Positions 1 to 14,194 of a stretch of 64,000 nucleotides of DNA are shown here, piece by piece. Position numbers and translations under genes: made by a program. The notes below the pieces were generated by a model. That model was not told the origin of the DNA. It worked only from the letters and a program-made list of their open reading frames with translations, and made no database searches. The stretch's first letter is position 1; each line of letters begins with the position of its first letter. Source of the stretch: Octopus sinensis (lineage: Eukaryota); NCBI RefSeq assembly GCF_006345805.1, contig NC_043003.1, positions 744,001 through 808,000 on the forward strand. The letters run 5' to 3'.

Positions 1-190
1 CAGTGGCACATAAAAGCACCCACTACACTCTCAGAGTGGTTGGCGTTAGGAAGGGCATCCAGCTGTAGAAACTCTGCCAGATCTGATTGGAGTCTGGTGC
101 AGCCATCTGGTTCGCCAGCCCTCAGTCAAATTATCCAACCCATGCTAGCATGGAAAGCGGACGTTAAATGATGATAATAGGATAATGATG
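1..190 (+). mobile_element. 3' UTR/tail fragment of the RTE-type LINE family
   Basis: Similar to 55930-56118 (gtggcacataaaagcacccactacactc...ccaacccatgctagcatggaaagcggacgttaaatgatgat); ends in a (GAT)n-like tail. Confidence 0.8.
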
Positions 191-292
191 ATACATATAT
201 ATATATATTTATATATATACATACATATATACATATATATATATATACATATATATACATATATATATATATACATATATATACATATATAC

Positions 293-369
<77 letters not shown>

Positions 370-520
370 TATATATATATACATATATACATATATACAT
401 ATATAACATATATATATATATACATATATATACATATATATATATATATATACATATATACATATATATATATACATATATACATATATACATATATATA
501 CATATATATATATATATACA
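191..520. repeat. (TA)n/(TATACA)n microsatellite
   Basis: Directly visible; source of the IY/YI ORFs in the track. Confidence 0.95.
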
Positions 521-528
521 TGAAGGGC

Positions 529-678
529 GTTGGCGTTAGGAAGGGCATCCAGCCGTAGAAACACTGCCAGATTTGACTGGGCCTGATGAAGCCTTCTGGC
601 TTCACAGACCCCAGTAGAACCGTCCAACCCATGCTAGCATGGAAAACGGACGCTAAATGATGATGATGATGATGATGA
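529..678 (+). mobile_element. Severely 5'-truncated copy of the young RTE LINE 3' end, inside a TA tract
   Basis: By eye identical to 55968-56118, including the (GAT)n tail. Confidence 0.85.
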
Positions 679-718
679 TACATATATATATACATATATA
701 CATATATATATATATATA

Positions 719-882
719 AGACGGGCTTCTTTCAGCTTCTATCTACCAAATCCACTCACAAGGCTTTAGTCACCCCGAGGCTATAGTAGAAGACACTTGC
801 CCTAGATGCCAAACAGTGGGACTGAACCTGGAACCATGTGGTTGGTAAGCAAGCTACTTACCACACAGCCACTCCTGTGCCT
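719..882 (-). mobile_element. tRNA-derived SINE family A, head portion
   Basis: Reverse strand reads ggcacaggagtggctgtgtggtaagtagc...ggttcagtcccac, with A/B-box-like motifs; many copies in the window. Confidence 0.75.
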
Positions 883-1034
883 ATTACAATAAACATAACT
901 GGAATCTAAACTGTTGGATTCTAGCAAGAAACAGTAGCATTAACCACACACACACACATACACACACACAAACACACATACACACACACAAACACACATA
1001 CACATACACACACACATACACATACACACACACT

Positions 1035-1200
1035 TGACTTATAATTGGTGATGTCGTGATCTGGTGTTAAGTCGTTATTGTAACGACTCTTTGGCCTCGT
1101 TTCAATTTGGCTTTTGAAGGATTTCACTTCCATTGCTAATTCACTTGGGAAAAACACATTACACCAAACTCTTCTATCGTCCTTCTCCTTAAGAATCTGA
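1035..1200 (-). pseudogene. Possible degenerate GIY-YIG endonuclease fragment of a Penelope-like element
   Basis: EVKSFKSQIETRPKSRYNNDLTPDHDITNYKS resembles the YIGxTExxFKxRYNNH motif; similarity judged by eye only. Confidence 0.3.
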
Positions 1201-1317
1201 AGACTTTGGCATATTGAAGAAATCAATGCTGCTATAGTTGAGATTCTAAAACGCTACTTGGGACCCAGAGAAAATGGTAACCTGATCTTAAGCACTCTCA
1301 TACACTGAAGTGAACCA

Positions 1318-1582
1318 TGCCATCACCATCATCATCATCATCACCACCACCACTATCATTATTGTCATCATCATCATCACCATCATTATCATCATCGTCA
1401 TCATCATCGTCATCATCATCACCACCATCATTATTGTCATCATCATCATCACCATCATCACACCACCACCATCATTGTCATCATCATCATCACCATCATC
1501 ATCATCGTCATCATCATCACCATCGTCATCATCATCATCATCATCACCACCATCATTATCGTTGTCATCATCGTCATCATCA
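1318..1582. repeat. Imperfect (CAT)n trinucleotide repeat
   Basis: Directly visible. Confidence 0.95.
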
Positions 1583-1845
1583 GGTGTCATCTGTTCTCAG
1601 AAAGTTCAATATTGAGGATCTGCATCTGCCCTTTTTTCTCTGCCATTCTTACACATTCACCGTCATACAACAGTTTCAGTCCATTTCTTGATGTCATCAA
1701 ACCAGTTTGTTCTAGTTCAATGCTTCTCCACCAGGGTCCATATGGCCCCTTTGGTGGCGTCCACATAAGATTTTCCTATTCAAATTTAAGTACACTTCTA
1801 CAATACACAAAACATTTTAACAATTTTCTTTTTTAATATTTCATA

Positions 1846-2021
1846 TGAAAAAAGCACCCACAACACTCACGGAGTGGTTGGCATTAGGAAGGGCATCCAG
1901 CTGTAGAAACACTGCCAGATCAGACTGGAGCCTGGTGCAGCCTCCTGGCTTCCCAGACCCCGGTCGAACCGTCCAACCCATGCTAGCGCGGAAAACGGAC
2001 ATTAAACGATGATGATGATGA
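1846..2021 (+). mobile_element. RTE LINE 3' UTR/tail fragment, apparently inside an older hAT-like MITE (about 1718-2150)
   Basis: aaaaagcacccacaacactcacggagtggttggcattaggaagggcatccag...(GAT)n tail; flanks resemble the 42511-42736 element. Confidence 0.7.
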
Positions 2022-2330
2022 TATAATTTCTCATAATATCTAATTCTAAAAATATAAAAGGGTTTCCCAAACATCAAATAGCAATGAGGGTCCATCCAAA
2101 TAAAATAGAAAAAAGAGGGCCATGGGGAAAAAAATGGTTGAGTCTTCCTCTTCAGCGTTTGCCATTTATCTTTCCTTCTGGCAAAAGGTTTTGTAAACCT
2201 TCTGCTCTCTGTAACCAAAGTACTTAAGCTTGCTTTGCTTAGTTTTATAGAAATGGTCTTTTGGTATTTGTTAGCACTTGGTTAGTTTTCATGTTTTGTT
2301 CAAGATATTCTTAAGTCTTCGATGTTCCTT

Positions 2331-2725
2331 TATTCTTTTATTTGTTTCAGTCACCCGACTGTAGCCATGCTGGAGCACTGCCTTTTGTCAAAGAAACCGA
2401 CCCCAGGACTTATTCTTTGTAAGCCTAGTACTTAGTCTATTGGTGTCTTTTGCCAAACTGCTAGGTTATGGGGATGTAAACACACCGACACTGGTTGTCA
2501 AGCAATGGTGGTGGGGACATACTCACTCACACCACACACACACACACACATATATATACATATATAATGGGCTTCTTTCAGTTTCTGTCTACCAAATCCA
2601 CTCACAATGCTTTGCTCAGCCCAAAGCTATAGTAGAAGACACTTGCCCGAGGTGCCACGCAATGGGACTGAACCTGGAACCATGTGGTTGGGAAGCAAGC
2701 TTCTTACCACACAGCCACACGCTAA
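2331..2725 (-). mobile_element. tRNA-derived SINE family A, near full length
   Basis: Colinear with 24171-24562, 35952-36382 and 61915-62354; internal (CA)/(TA) tract. Confidence 0.8.
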
Positions 2726-4203
2726 TGTAGGACGATCTCCAAGAAGGCAAGGTCTGCTTGATTGGGGCTGACCTGGTACTAAAGAACAAACTCATGGCTT
2801 CTTTACCAAACTTCAACTCAGCGATGGTTGTCTGAAGAATTGGTGTAAAAAGCAGCAAGGCATGAAAAGCAAACCAGAAATTGTTACAAAATAAACAAAC
2901 ATCTTCATTAAACCAATGAAGGCATGAAAGTTAGTGATTAGGGTATTACACTCATAATTGAAAGATCATTGTTTCAATTCCCAGATCAGGCAGTGCTTTA
3001 TGTTTTTAAGCAAAACTCTTCATTCCATGTTGCTCCAGTCTGCTCAGCTGCAAAAGAGTCCCCATGCAATCAACTGGTGTCCTGTTCAAGGGGAATGTTC
3101 AAGGGATCTCAGTCACTTCAATGCCATAGAAATTGAGTAACTGGCTCTGTGAACCCAAGGACTCACCACAGAGGTTTCAAGGAGTCACCTTCATTAAACT
3201 CTGACTCAAGTAATTAAGCTCAAATCCCACTGAGTCAAGTTTGCCTTTCATCTTCCCTTCAGGAGTCGATAAAATAAAGTAGCAGTTAAATACAGGGGTT
3301 GATATAACCAACACCCACCCTTCAGTTTTCTGGTCTTGTGACTATTACTGAGTTATCAAGGAAGCTTCAGTGTGTCTGTGTGTCTCCCCAACACTGCTTG
3401 ACAACCATTGTTGGAGTGTTTACATCCCTATAACCTAGCAGTTTGGTAAAAGAGACTGACAGAATCAATAAACACCCTCCCCTCAATTTGCTGGTCTTGT
3501 AACTATTACTGAATCATTAAAGAAACTTCTACAGAATGGTTTCTCCCTCCTAGAAATAGATGGTAAATTTAACCGAAATCCTACTTTAAGCATTAGGAAA
3601 AAGAAGGGACTCATTGAATAACATATTTCTGGGTATCCCAAGACAGGATGGTCCTGGTTGGGTGGAATATGATTTTTTTCAGTGCCAGTCTGATAAGGTC
3701 CTAGAAGATTAGAGGACGACCTGACACTCAACAACAACTGTTATTAAATTTATATGTTATCATACTACTACTACTACTAGTATTGTTTCTAACACACCAC
3801 AACCACTACTATTATCATCACCGCTATTACCACCACCTCTTCCACAACTTCTACCACCATCACCACTCCTGTCACCATCACAAATACTACCTCAAATACA
3901 CTTGCTACTACTAACACCACCACCACCACCACCACCACCACTACTACTACTAATACTACTACTACTAAATGACAATTGCAACCACAATACCAAGCTACTA
4001 CTACTACCACCACCACTGCTACTCTAATCACAATCAATCAATCAATAGCAATCACCACCAGTACTGCTGCTGCTGCTGCTGCTATATCAACAGGGGAAAC
4101 GAGATCAATAATCAATAAACTACTATTGCTAAAACCACTACATCAACAACTGCTGCTGCTACAGTAACTACCACTATTACTGCTGCTGCTGCTACTACTA
4201 CTA

Positions 4204-4240
<37 letters not shown>

Positions 4241-4899
4241 CACTATTATTTACTATTGGCAAATGAAACAGCCTCTTTGTGGTTGCTTGACCTGCTAGAA
4301 ATAGCAGCTAAAGTCTCTCTGATATAAAAAAAAAAAGAGTGAAAGGCATGCAATGGCTAACATGGTTCTGGATGCATGGCACTTGATTAATAGTTGGAAT
4401 GGTCATGGCCAGAATGTCTTTGTTGGTTAGAGGTCTGCTAAAGCAAGGCTGACCAATTTGTAGGTAAACAATGGTTACCATTACAATTCAACATATGGAC
4501 CAGGACACATGCTTGTGGGGGATGTATGTATTAACCCTCAGTACATGACTGGTATTTTATTACCTTCAGATGGACGAAAGACTAAGTCAGCTAGAGTAGG
4601 ATTTGAACTTGGGATTTAAAGAACCATGACCATTTAGTGTCTGTTTTCCATGAATTGGAGAGTTTGACAGGAACTGGGAAGGCCAAGGGCTGCCCCAAGG
4701 TTCCCTTGTCTATTTTGGCAGGGTTTCTACAGCTGGATGCCCTTCCTAATGCCAGCCACTTTACAAAGTGTGCTGGGTACTTTTAACGCGGGACCAGCAC
4801 TGACAGGGTTCTCAAGTACCATGCAAGACAAAAAGGGTAAAACATCTTCACAGGGAGGCGGGGTGGCTTTGTGCCAGTCAAGAGATTAAAAATATAGAG

Positions 4900-5176
4900 C
4901 AGTGGTTCCCAAAGTGGGTGGTATTACCCCCCTGGGGGTGGGGGAAAGTTCCAAGGGGGCGTTGAAGAAAAGTTGGATGATAATGGGGGGAGGGAGTCAT
5001 GTAAAAAACAACAAAATAATGGGTTTATTAGGTTAAGTTTTCTTTGGGAAAACCAGTTGCTTTGAATTTGCTCCAGAAAGAGGTCTCTGTTTGTGATGGT
5101 TAGTTGGGGTGGGGTCGCTAGAAATGTGGCCTAGGTTTCAAGGGGGTGGCAGCCTGAAAAAGTTTGGAAACTACTG
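4900..5176. mobile_element. hAT-like MITE
   Basis: TIRs cagtggttcccaaa / tttggaaactactg; 8-bp TSD atatagag (4892-4899) / gtatagag (5177-5184). Confidence 0.8.
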
Positions 5177-5391
5177 GTATAGAGAGACAGAGGTAGGTGC
5201 TCAGCTGTAAATACACGGATTAACCAAGTTGAATAAGAAGGGAGAGTAAGTTGGAGAGTAAGATAAGGAAAACATTAGTGAGAAAGGTGATGACAAAGAT
5301 GTGTTGGGATGTGCCCTTGGGGGATATTTACATGGCATTTTGAGCAATGCTCTGCTAACTCCGTGATTCAATACCATAATATATTATCTTA

Positions 5392-5605
5392 GAAGGCGGC
5401 AAGCTGGCAGAAATGTTAGCATGCTGGGCAAAATGCTTAGCGGTATTTCGTCTATCTTTATGTTCTGAGTTCAAATTCCGCTCGGGTTGACTTTGCCTTT
5501 CATCCTTTCGGGGTTGATAAATTAAGTACCAGTTGCATACTAGGGCCAATCTAATCAACTCCCCCCCCCACCAAATCTCAGGCCTTGTGTCTGTAGTAGA
5601 AAAGT
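5392..5605 (+). mobile_element. SINE family B (tRNA-like head; central gcctttcatcctttcggggttgataaattaagtacc core resembles the Meta domain)
   Basis: Related copies near 23975-24150, 24638-24855, 39535-39735, 39820-40030 and 48885-49085. Confidence 0.7.
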
Positions 5606-6218
5606 AGAAATGAAGGACACATTGAATACTACAGTTTCATATAGACTATGCCCTGAGAAAATCAGAGGGTTGGAATTTCTTTAATTAAAAGCCTGCTCAA
5701 TCAGGGCTGGCTTGGGCTACATACCAACAACAGTAACAACTGCTATTAAAATATACCAATCCCTTTCACTACATGCTCCAGTCCAACCCATGACAGCATG
5801 TAAAAAGGAATGATAAACCTCCATGCTATCATTTGACAACTGGTGTTGGTTTGTTTATGTCCCTATAACTTAGCAGTTCAGCAAAAGGGAACAATAGAAT
5901 TAGTACCAGACTTTAAATAGATAAAAATAGCATAAAAATAACCCTAGAGTTGTTTTATTTAAATAAATCCTTCAAGGCAGTGCTCCAGAATGGTCATGGT
6001 CCAGTGATTGAAACTAGTAAAAGGACACAAACAGAATCGGTTCTACTTCTACGATGATCGGCAGCAAATGTTTTCCATCTCTAATCCTCCTGAGATTAGC
6101 TAAGCAGGCTCTCACAGATCTGTTGCAGATAAAGCACAGATCCCTTGACATACCTCACAACCCTCCCAACTGGCTTCGTCCGTGGCTGCTGCATAGCTTA
6201 AAGATAGCACACACACAC

Positions 6219-6261
<43 letters not shown>

Positions 6262-6480
6262 TTAGAGGACAGCATGCATCATAACCAAAAGTAATGTCTA
6301 CAGAAGGACAACCAGGAATGCAAAGAATGCTTCTATGCATGCCATGTTCTACAAGTTCCTTTGTCTTGCAAAGGGCAGCTAGGACTTCCACCAACTTTGC
6401 ACATTTGGCCAAAATGGTTTTGAAAATATTCCTGCAACAGATAAACCCATAGCATTTCCTTACTTCAAAACCTGCACCAC

Positions 6481-6873
<393 letters not shown>

Positions 6874-6925
6874 TCACATGCACACACACACACATACATG
6901 ACCTAATTGCTTCAAAGCCAACAGT

Positions 6926-6974
<49 letters not shown>

Positions 6975-7728
6975 TTGGTTCAATGGATTTTCTACGACTG
7001 GGATGCCTCTCCTGTCACCAACTCTTATAGTCACCTCTTACAACAGACATGGAGACGCATTCACAAAGACCATTGGAGATCTACACCAGTAAAAAATGGC
7101 ATTATTTGTGAAGAGAAAAGTTGTATGTTATTGTGAGAAAAGTCCTTGAAGTTTTGGACGAAGTTCTCTTTGGGTGGAACGGATGCAGTGAAGAACAACA
7201 GAAAATGGTAATGAATAAGTTTCTGTAGTAACACAGGACAGGAGTATTTGAGGAAGAGAATCAGTTTGAGGGGGGGGGTGAGAAAGGGCAAGGTTGAAAG
7301 ATTGATAGAGAAGAAGATTGTGATGGAAAAGGAGAGTTAAAATAGGAAGGAGAGGAAGGGTTTATTGGTGAGTTGGAAGGGAGAGTATTTTGTTTTCATT
7401 TTTGGGGAGCCCACTGACCCCAGAAAACAGCTTATCAATAGCATTGTCTTCACATCTGGCATTCTGTCATTCTGTCAGCTACAAGGAGAAGGGTTTCCAG
7501 TTGATCAGCTTCAAGGAAAAGCCGGCTCATGAAATTAATGGGAAGGAGGGTCAATTAATTAGTTTTAATTATAATTTTATTTAACATATTCCGCTCTCAG
7601 ATTCACACACTTATTGCAGCGGGCCTTCAATGTTTCTAAGCCCTGTAGAAGAACTCAGAAGCTTGGGCCTCCAACCAGGCTCTCACAATACACTTAAACC
7701 CGGGAACTTTTCAGCCCTTGCCTCGTAT

Positions 7729-8031
7729 ATCATCATCGTCGTTTAACGTTCATTTTCCATGCTAGCATGGGTTGGACGGGTCGACCGGGGTCTGGGAAGC
7801 CAGGAGGCTGCACCAGGCTCCAATCTGATCTGGCGAGGTTTCTACAGCTGGATGCCCTTCCTAACACCAACCACTCCGTGAGTGTAGTGGGTGCTTTTTA
7901 CGTGCCACCGGCACAGGTGCCAGGGGAGGCTGACAACGGCCACGATCGGTTGGTGTTTTTTATGTGCCACTGGCACAGAAGCCAGTCAAGGTGGTGCTGG
8001 CATCGGCCACATGTGGATGGTGCTTTTTACG
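7729..8031 (-). mobile_element. RTE LINE 3' UTR fragment with repeated gtgccggtggcac modules
   Basis: Similar to the reverse complement of 55800-56110. Confidence 0.75.
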
Positions 8032-8062
<31 letters not shown>

Positions 8063-8114
8063 TATTCGAGACAAAACCACTATTTTGCAAAACAAACAAG
8101 GAAAGACTTAATCA

Positions 8115-8149
<35 letters not shown>

Positions 8150-8165
8150 TGTGTGTGTGTACTCA

Positions 8166-8369
8166 TGAGAGGGTGCTGAAAAGTTCCTGGTTTGGGGTCA
8201 AAGAAAATAAAAAGAGGATCAGTTAATTAGGATTTTATTCAACATATTCCCCTCTTAGACTCACACACTTATTGCAGTGGTCCTTCAGTTTTGACTAAAC
8301 TATGCAAAAGAACTCCAACCAGGCCTTTGGTGAAACTCCTAAAGCCAGGAACTTCTCAGCACCACCTCA
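8166..8369. mobile_element. Mariner-like MITE
   Basis: TIRs tgagagggtgctgaaaagttcctgg / ccaggaacttctcagcaccacctca; sister copies at 9427-9646 and, partially, 7560-7727. Confidence 0.75.
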
Positions 8370-8376
8370 TATATAT

Positions 8377-8409
<33 letters not shown>

Positions 8410-8699
8410 TAAATATTCAATAATTATAAACATAATTATAATCAGGGGTCAGCTAATTGCTTCACCATGCACCGAATTTAGAAATAGAGTTAAAATGCTT
8501 TTTCTGCTACAATAGAGAAGGTTATATTAACGTACCGAACTACTTGGTAAAATTATTAATTATTAATCAATTAATTGATTAATGAATTAATTAATTTTAC
8601 TCTTTTATTATTATTATTGCAGCGTGCAATTGTTTTCGTTCCAGCACACGATCTCAGATCAAATCACTTGCTATGCGAGTACATCTCCGTAATTATTAT

Positions 8700-9179
8700 T
8701 ATTTATATATATATATATATACACATATACATATATATATACATATACATATATATATATACATATACATATATATATATACATATACATATATATATAC
8801 ATATACATATATATATACATATACATATATATATATATACATATACATATATATATACATATACATATATATATACATATACATATATATATATACATAT
8901 ACATATATATATATACATATACATATATATATATACATATACATATATATATATACATATACATATATATATATACATATACATTATATATATACATATA
9001 CATATATACATATACATATATACATATACTATATATATATATACATATACATATATATATACATATACATATATAATACATATACATATATATACATATA
9101 CATATATATATACATATACATATATATATACAATATATATAATACATATATATATACATATACATATATATATATATAC

Positions 9180-9225
<46 letters not shown>

Positions 9226-9364
9226 CACATATACATATACATATATAATATATCATCATCATCATCATCATCGTTTAACATGATGATGATGATGATGATA
9301 TACTATATAATACTATCATATATATATACATATACATATATATATACATATCATATATATATAC

Positions 9365-9418
<54 letters not shown>

Positions 9419-9420
9419 TA
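8700..9420. repeat. Long (TA)n/(TACATA)n compound microsatellite
   Basis: Directly visible. Confidence 0.95.
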
Positions 9421-9426
9421 CACACA

Positions 9427-9646
9427 CAAGGGTGGTGCTGAAAAGTTTTGGGTTTTAGGTAAAAGAAAATAGAGGAGGATCAGTTAATTATGATTTTACT
9501 GACCCTATTCCTCTCTCAGATTCACATACTTATTGCAGTGGCCCTTCAGTTTTTCCTAAGCCCTGTAAAAGAACTCAGAACGCTGGGCCTCCAGCCAGGC
9601 GTTTTGCGATACTTTTAAAGCTACCAACTTTTCAGCACCCCCCTTG
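9427..9646. mobile_element. Mariner-like MITE, same family as 8166-8369
   Basis: Termini caagggtggtgctgaaaagtt / aacttttcagcaccccccttg; colinear interior. Confidence 0.75.
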
Positions 9647-9658
9647 CATACATATGTG

Positions 9659-9698
<40 letters not shown>

Positions 9699-9882
9699 TG
9701 TTCCACCATCACTACTAAACAACTGGCGTCAGTTTGTTTATGTCCCTGTAACTGAGTGGTTCAACAAAAGATATGAATAGAATAAGCACCAGACTTTAAA
9801 ATAAGTCCTGGAATCAATTTGTTTGATGAAAACTCCTTCAAAGCAGTGCTCCAGCATGGCTCCTGTCCAACGAGTAAAAGAA

Positions 9883-9914
<32 letters not shown>

Positions 9915-10386
9915 ACAAGGACCATGCTTATATACAGATAGTGGACCGTGAGCTAATAGCTTGCATGTTCTCATTGAATACAGAGGTAAACAATTTCATG
10001 GTAAAAAACATGTGGCTACACATGGCGTATGCACACATGTGGGCACCAACATGCACTGACATGCAAATGTATACAAAGCCAACATGTTCAGCCTTGCTTT
10101 CTTCCTCCCTCTCCTGGTCACTTTTATTCTCTCTCTCCCTCCCCCTCTTTCTCCCTTTTTCTCTCTCTCCACCTCCAGCGCACCCCTTGCTCTGTTTTAC
10201 CTTCTCTTCCTTTCAGCCTCAGTATATATATATAATGGAGAAATTGCACGAAATGTATAAATGGATGATGAGTAAAGCGCCGGTACAGTTTCGATTCCCT
10301 GTTGTTATCCGTAGATTTATTGCAGGGACTTCGAAGTGGAGGTTGGGGTAACAGTATTAATAAAATAGGAGATGGAATGTGTAATA

Positions 10387-10453
10387 GACTTTATTGGGTA
10401 CAACACATGTTTCTACCTGTTCTGGGTCTCTTCAGGTACATCAATAAAAAGTC
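10387..10453 (-). ncRNA. Minimal type I hammerhead ribozyme-like motif (Penelope-like element remnant)
   Basis: Minus strand: ttattg-a-tgtac CTGAAGA gacc-cagaaca-ggta GAAAC atgt GTT gtac-c-caataa; extended stem I; one mismatch at the base of stem II; module 10234-10517 is flanked by (TA)n. Confidence 0.65.
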
Positions 10454-10511
10454 TCGCTAGAGATTTTCTGATTCGGTTTTACGTACCGCTATATGTCCAT
10501 CAACTTATATG

Positions 10512-10601
<90 letters not shown>

Positions 10602-11147
10602 ATACATATATTTTTATAAAAGTACTTTCTATAGTATTTCCAAAGTGCAAATCCCAAGTTAGGCGAACAGATTGTAAAATAAGTTATTTATAATTATATA
10701 TACACACACACACACACATATATGTAATACATATACGCACATGCATATCTTTCTCTCAAATATATATATATATACATACACACACAAATATAGATATAAT
10801 TCCTTCAAGAAATCCCGGATAAATTTCCTACACGCAGATATGTCTGCATAAACAAAAGCTCTCAACTCGAGTTGGCAATGGTGTCTGATTCCTGATATGA
10901 ATGGCTCTGCCAGGTGGTGCTATTAAGTTAGACATGGCCAGGGTCAATGCTGGCCGAAGCCTATCAAAGTATCAAAGTATCCATATGTGCACATAGATAC
11001 ATCACTTATATGCACACATACATACGCATTATATATATATAATGTATGTATGTATGTACAAGGACATAAACATATATAGACACACATATATAAAGATATA
11101 TACACACACACATATATAAACATACTCACACACATATACATACATAG

Positions 11148-11515
11148 TCGTGGCCAATGCCAGTGCCATCTGACTGGCACTCATAGCGGTTGCATGTAAA
11201 AAGCACCACCTGACTGTTGGGCCTCATGGTGGCAGTGACCAAGACCTTTGGCAATATACTGTGCTCGTGTTGACCTGTCAAGCCAAGTGATACCGTGGCC
11301 GATGCCAGTGTTAGGTCAATGGCACCTGTGCCAGTGGCATGTAAAAAGCACCCACTACACCCTCGAAGTGGTTGGCATCAGGAAGGGCACCCAGCCATAG
11401 AAACCTTGCCAAAACAGATTGGAACCTGATGCAGCCACCTGGCTTACAAGTTTCCAGTCAAACCGTCCAACCCATGCCAACATGGAAAGCTAAATGTGAA
11501 ATGACGGGTGATGAT
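11148..11515 (+). mobile_element. Diverged RTE LINE 3' UTR fragment
   Basis: gtgccagtggcatgtaaaaagcacccactacac...ccaacccatgccaacatggaaagc. Confidence 0.7.
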
Positions 11516-11651
11516 ACTCACACACAGAGAGAGGAATAAACGATGAAGGCTCATCGAATAAAACAAACCACCAACACATAATCATAAAAGCCATTAATAC
11601 GAGACAAACAGAACAAGGAGTGAAACACGAGCTACGACAATAATATTATCA

Positions 11652-11705
<54 letters not shown>

Positions 11706-14194
11706 CTCTTTCCTCTTGTTTCCTGTCTTGTGCCCCCAACAACCAAACAGACAACAATAGCCCATAACTCAGCCTCTTTCGACCTCATCACATTCTTCAC
11801 ATCTTCATGCAACTGCATAGTTGACTTCCTCCTTGCTGTTATGTCTAGTGTAATCATTCTCACAGCCTCTCCTCCCTCCCTCCCTCCCTCTCTCTCTCTC
11901 TCTGAGAACCAAACAGATAATGGCAGCCAAAGCCGCTGCTTCTTTCTTCTTTCTTCTTTCTTCTTCTTCTTCTTCTTCTTCCTCCAGTGCTGCTATTTAA
12001 CCAGCCGTCACTGCTGCTAGGTTGTGCAGATGTGTATGCACTTCAATGCAACTTTTCTATCTCTCCTTCTGCAACAAACGCATCTCCCTTTCTCTCTCCA
12101 TCACAATTGCTCTCCATTTCTCTCTCTCTCTGCTGATATTTCCCTCCTTCCCTCTCACTCATTCTTGTCTTTCTCACTTTCTCTTTCTCTCTCTAGCTTT
12201 TTAGTTTTCTTTCTCCCCCTCTCTCTCTCACTTTCCCCCTAACACTTTCCTTCTCTCTCCCTCTCTCATTCTCTCTTTCCTTCACTTCTCCATTTCCCTC
12301 CCTCCCTCTCTCCTCATCACTTATTCTTCCAAAATATTTCCTTTCTTAATCATTCTTTCCCCCCCCCACCACCACCACACCATTTTTACTCCCTCCCTCC
12401 CTCATATTTCTCTCTTAATCTCTCTTAATTCTTTCCTTTTTTTCTTTATGCTCTGCTACTACCATCCACTCCCCCCCACCTCGCCCTCCCCACTCTCTCC
12501 CACTCTCCCTCTCTCCGCACTCAATCCTCCTCTCCTGTGCTGCTGGCTTCAAATATTCCATTCGGCAAACTACTTGTTCGATCCAGCGAACTGCTTGCTT
12601 CTCACCTCCATTCCTCACTGCAAACATTCCAACTGATGACGACGACGACGATCAGGATGTTGTTGATGATGATGCTGATGATGATGCTGATGATGGTCGA
12701 TTGTGTCGATATTCACGATGATGATGATGATGTTTATTTTGATGACAACGATGACGACGATGATGATGATGACTGTGATGATGGTTGATGACATTAATGA
12801 TGACGATGATGATGGTGGTGGTGGTAATGGTGAGGATGGTAATGATGATGATGATGACTATAATGATGACGATGATGATGATGATGCAGATGATGGTGGT
12901 GATGAGTAGTTTCATGTCAGTAGTGGTTGTGTTAGCGAGTGCTTTAAAGATGGTGGAGAGTGGACTTACATTGTTGCTCCTGTTGTTGTTGTTTAACCCC
13001 AGGCCGGACTTGACTGAACAAACCTATGATCATAAGACATTCTCACCATGACCATCAACACATTCATAGTAGAAATATACCTTGGACTACATCATCCAAT
13101 ATCTTCCTTTCTTTTCTCAAGACAATAAAGTAAGATTTGAGGGATATTGAGCTGTTATTTCTAGCGGGTGCAGTAACTACATTAGATACAGCTTGGTATC
13201 TTGTTGTTCAGTATCGTTTTTGTTTAGCCCTAGGTCATCCCTGATCAAGCAGGTCTATGATCCACCAGCTTTAACCATTACAACTCTTCTTGAGTTATCT
13301 AAGACTACTTTGTGTATCCTTCCTATTTTAAAGGAAAAACAGTGGAAGGAGGTGTCATTTGAGGATGATTTGGCTGCTATTTCTCGGTTGATTGACCACA
13401 TTGAAGCAACCAGTTATTTACAGTGCTGGCTAATTATGATGGCGGTTTGGCTGCTATTTCTAGCTGGTGAGGCAACCACATTGAAGCAACCAGTTATTCA
13501 TAGTGCTGGCTGGCTTCGATAGTGATTTGATGGTGAATTGTCTGCTATTTCTAGTTGATCAAGTCACCACATTGATGGTGATGTTAATGGTATACATAAC
13601 GATATCTTTATTATTAGCAATGGTGATGCTGCTGTCGATGATTACGGGGGGGGGTGTCAACGTTGTTGGTGACAACGGCCAGAATGGTAGAATTATTAAT
13701 GAAGGACACAACAGTAACGCTGCTGCTGCTGCTATCTCGTAGTGTTACTATTGGTGACTATGAGAATGGTGGTGGCATTTCTGCTCATGCCAAATATTCA
13801 TTGGTAGCAATGGTAGTGATGACAATGGCAGTGTTGATAACAGACATGCCACCCGGGGGGGGGGGATGATTATAATAATGTTGGTGATAGAATCAATGTA
13901 TACAGATACACAACAGCAGCAGCAGCAGTTTGTATTTTTTTGTTTGTTTGTCTTTTTAGGAGAGAGTCTCTTACAAGATGGTGACGAATCGCATAAACGC
14001 CATCAGTGGCAAGAAAGAATAGGAATGTGTGGTGTTCATACATTTCTATATCAATCCATTTGGCAGAATAATGGAAAATTGGTTCCAACTGTGGCCATGC
14101 TGGGGTACCACCTTGAAGGGCTTTAGTTAAATTGACCACAGAACTTAATGTTCTTTTTTTTCTATTAGATGTCTTATTTATTCAATTCTTTGAC

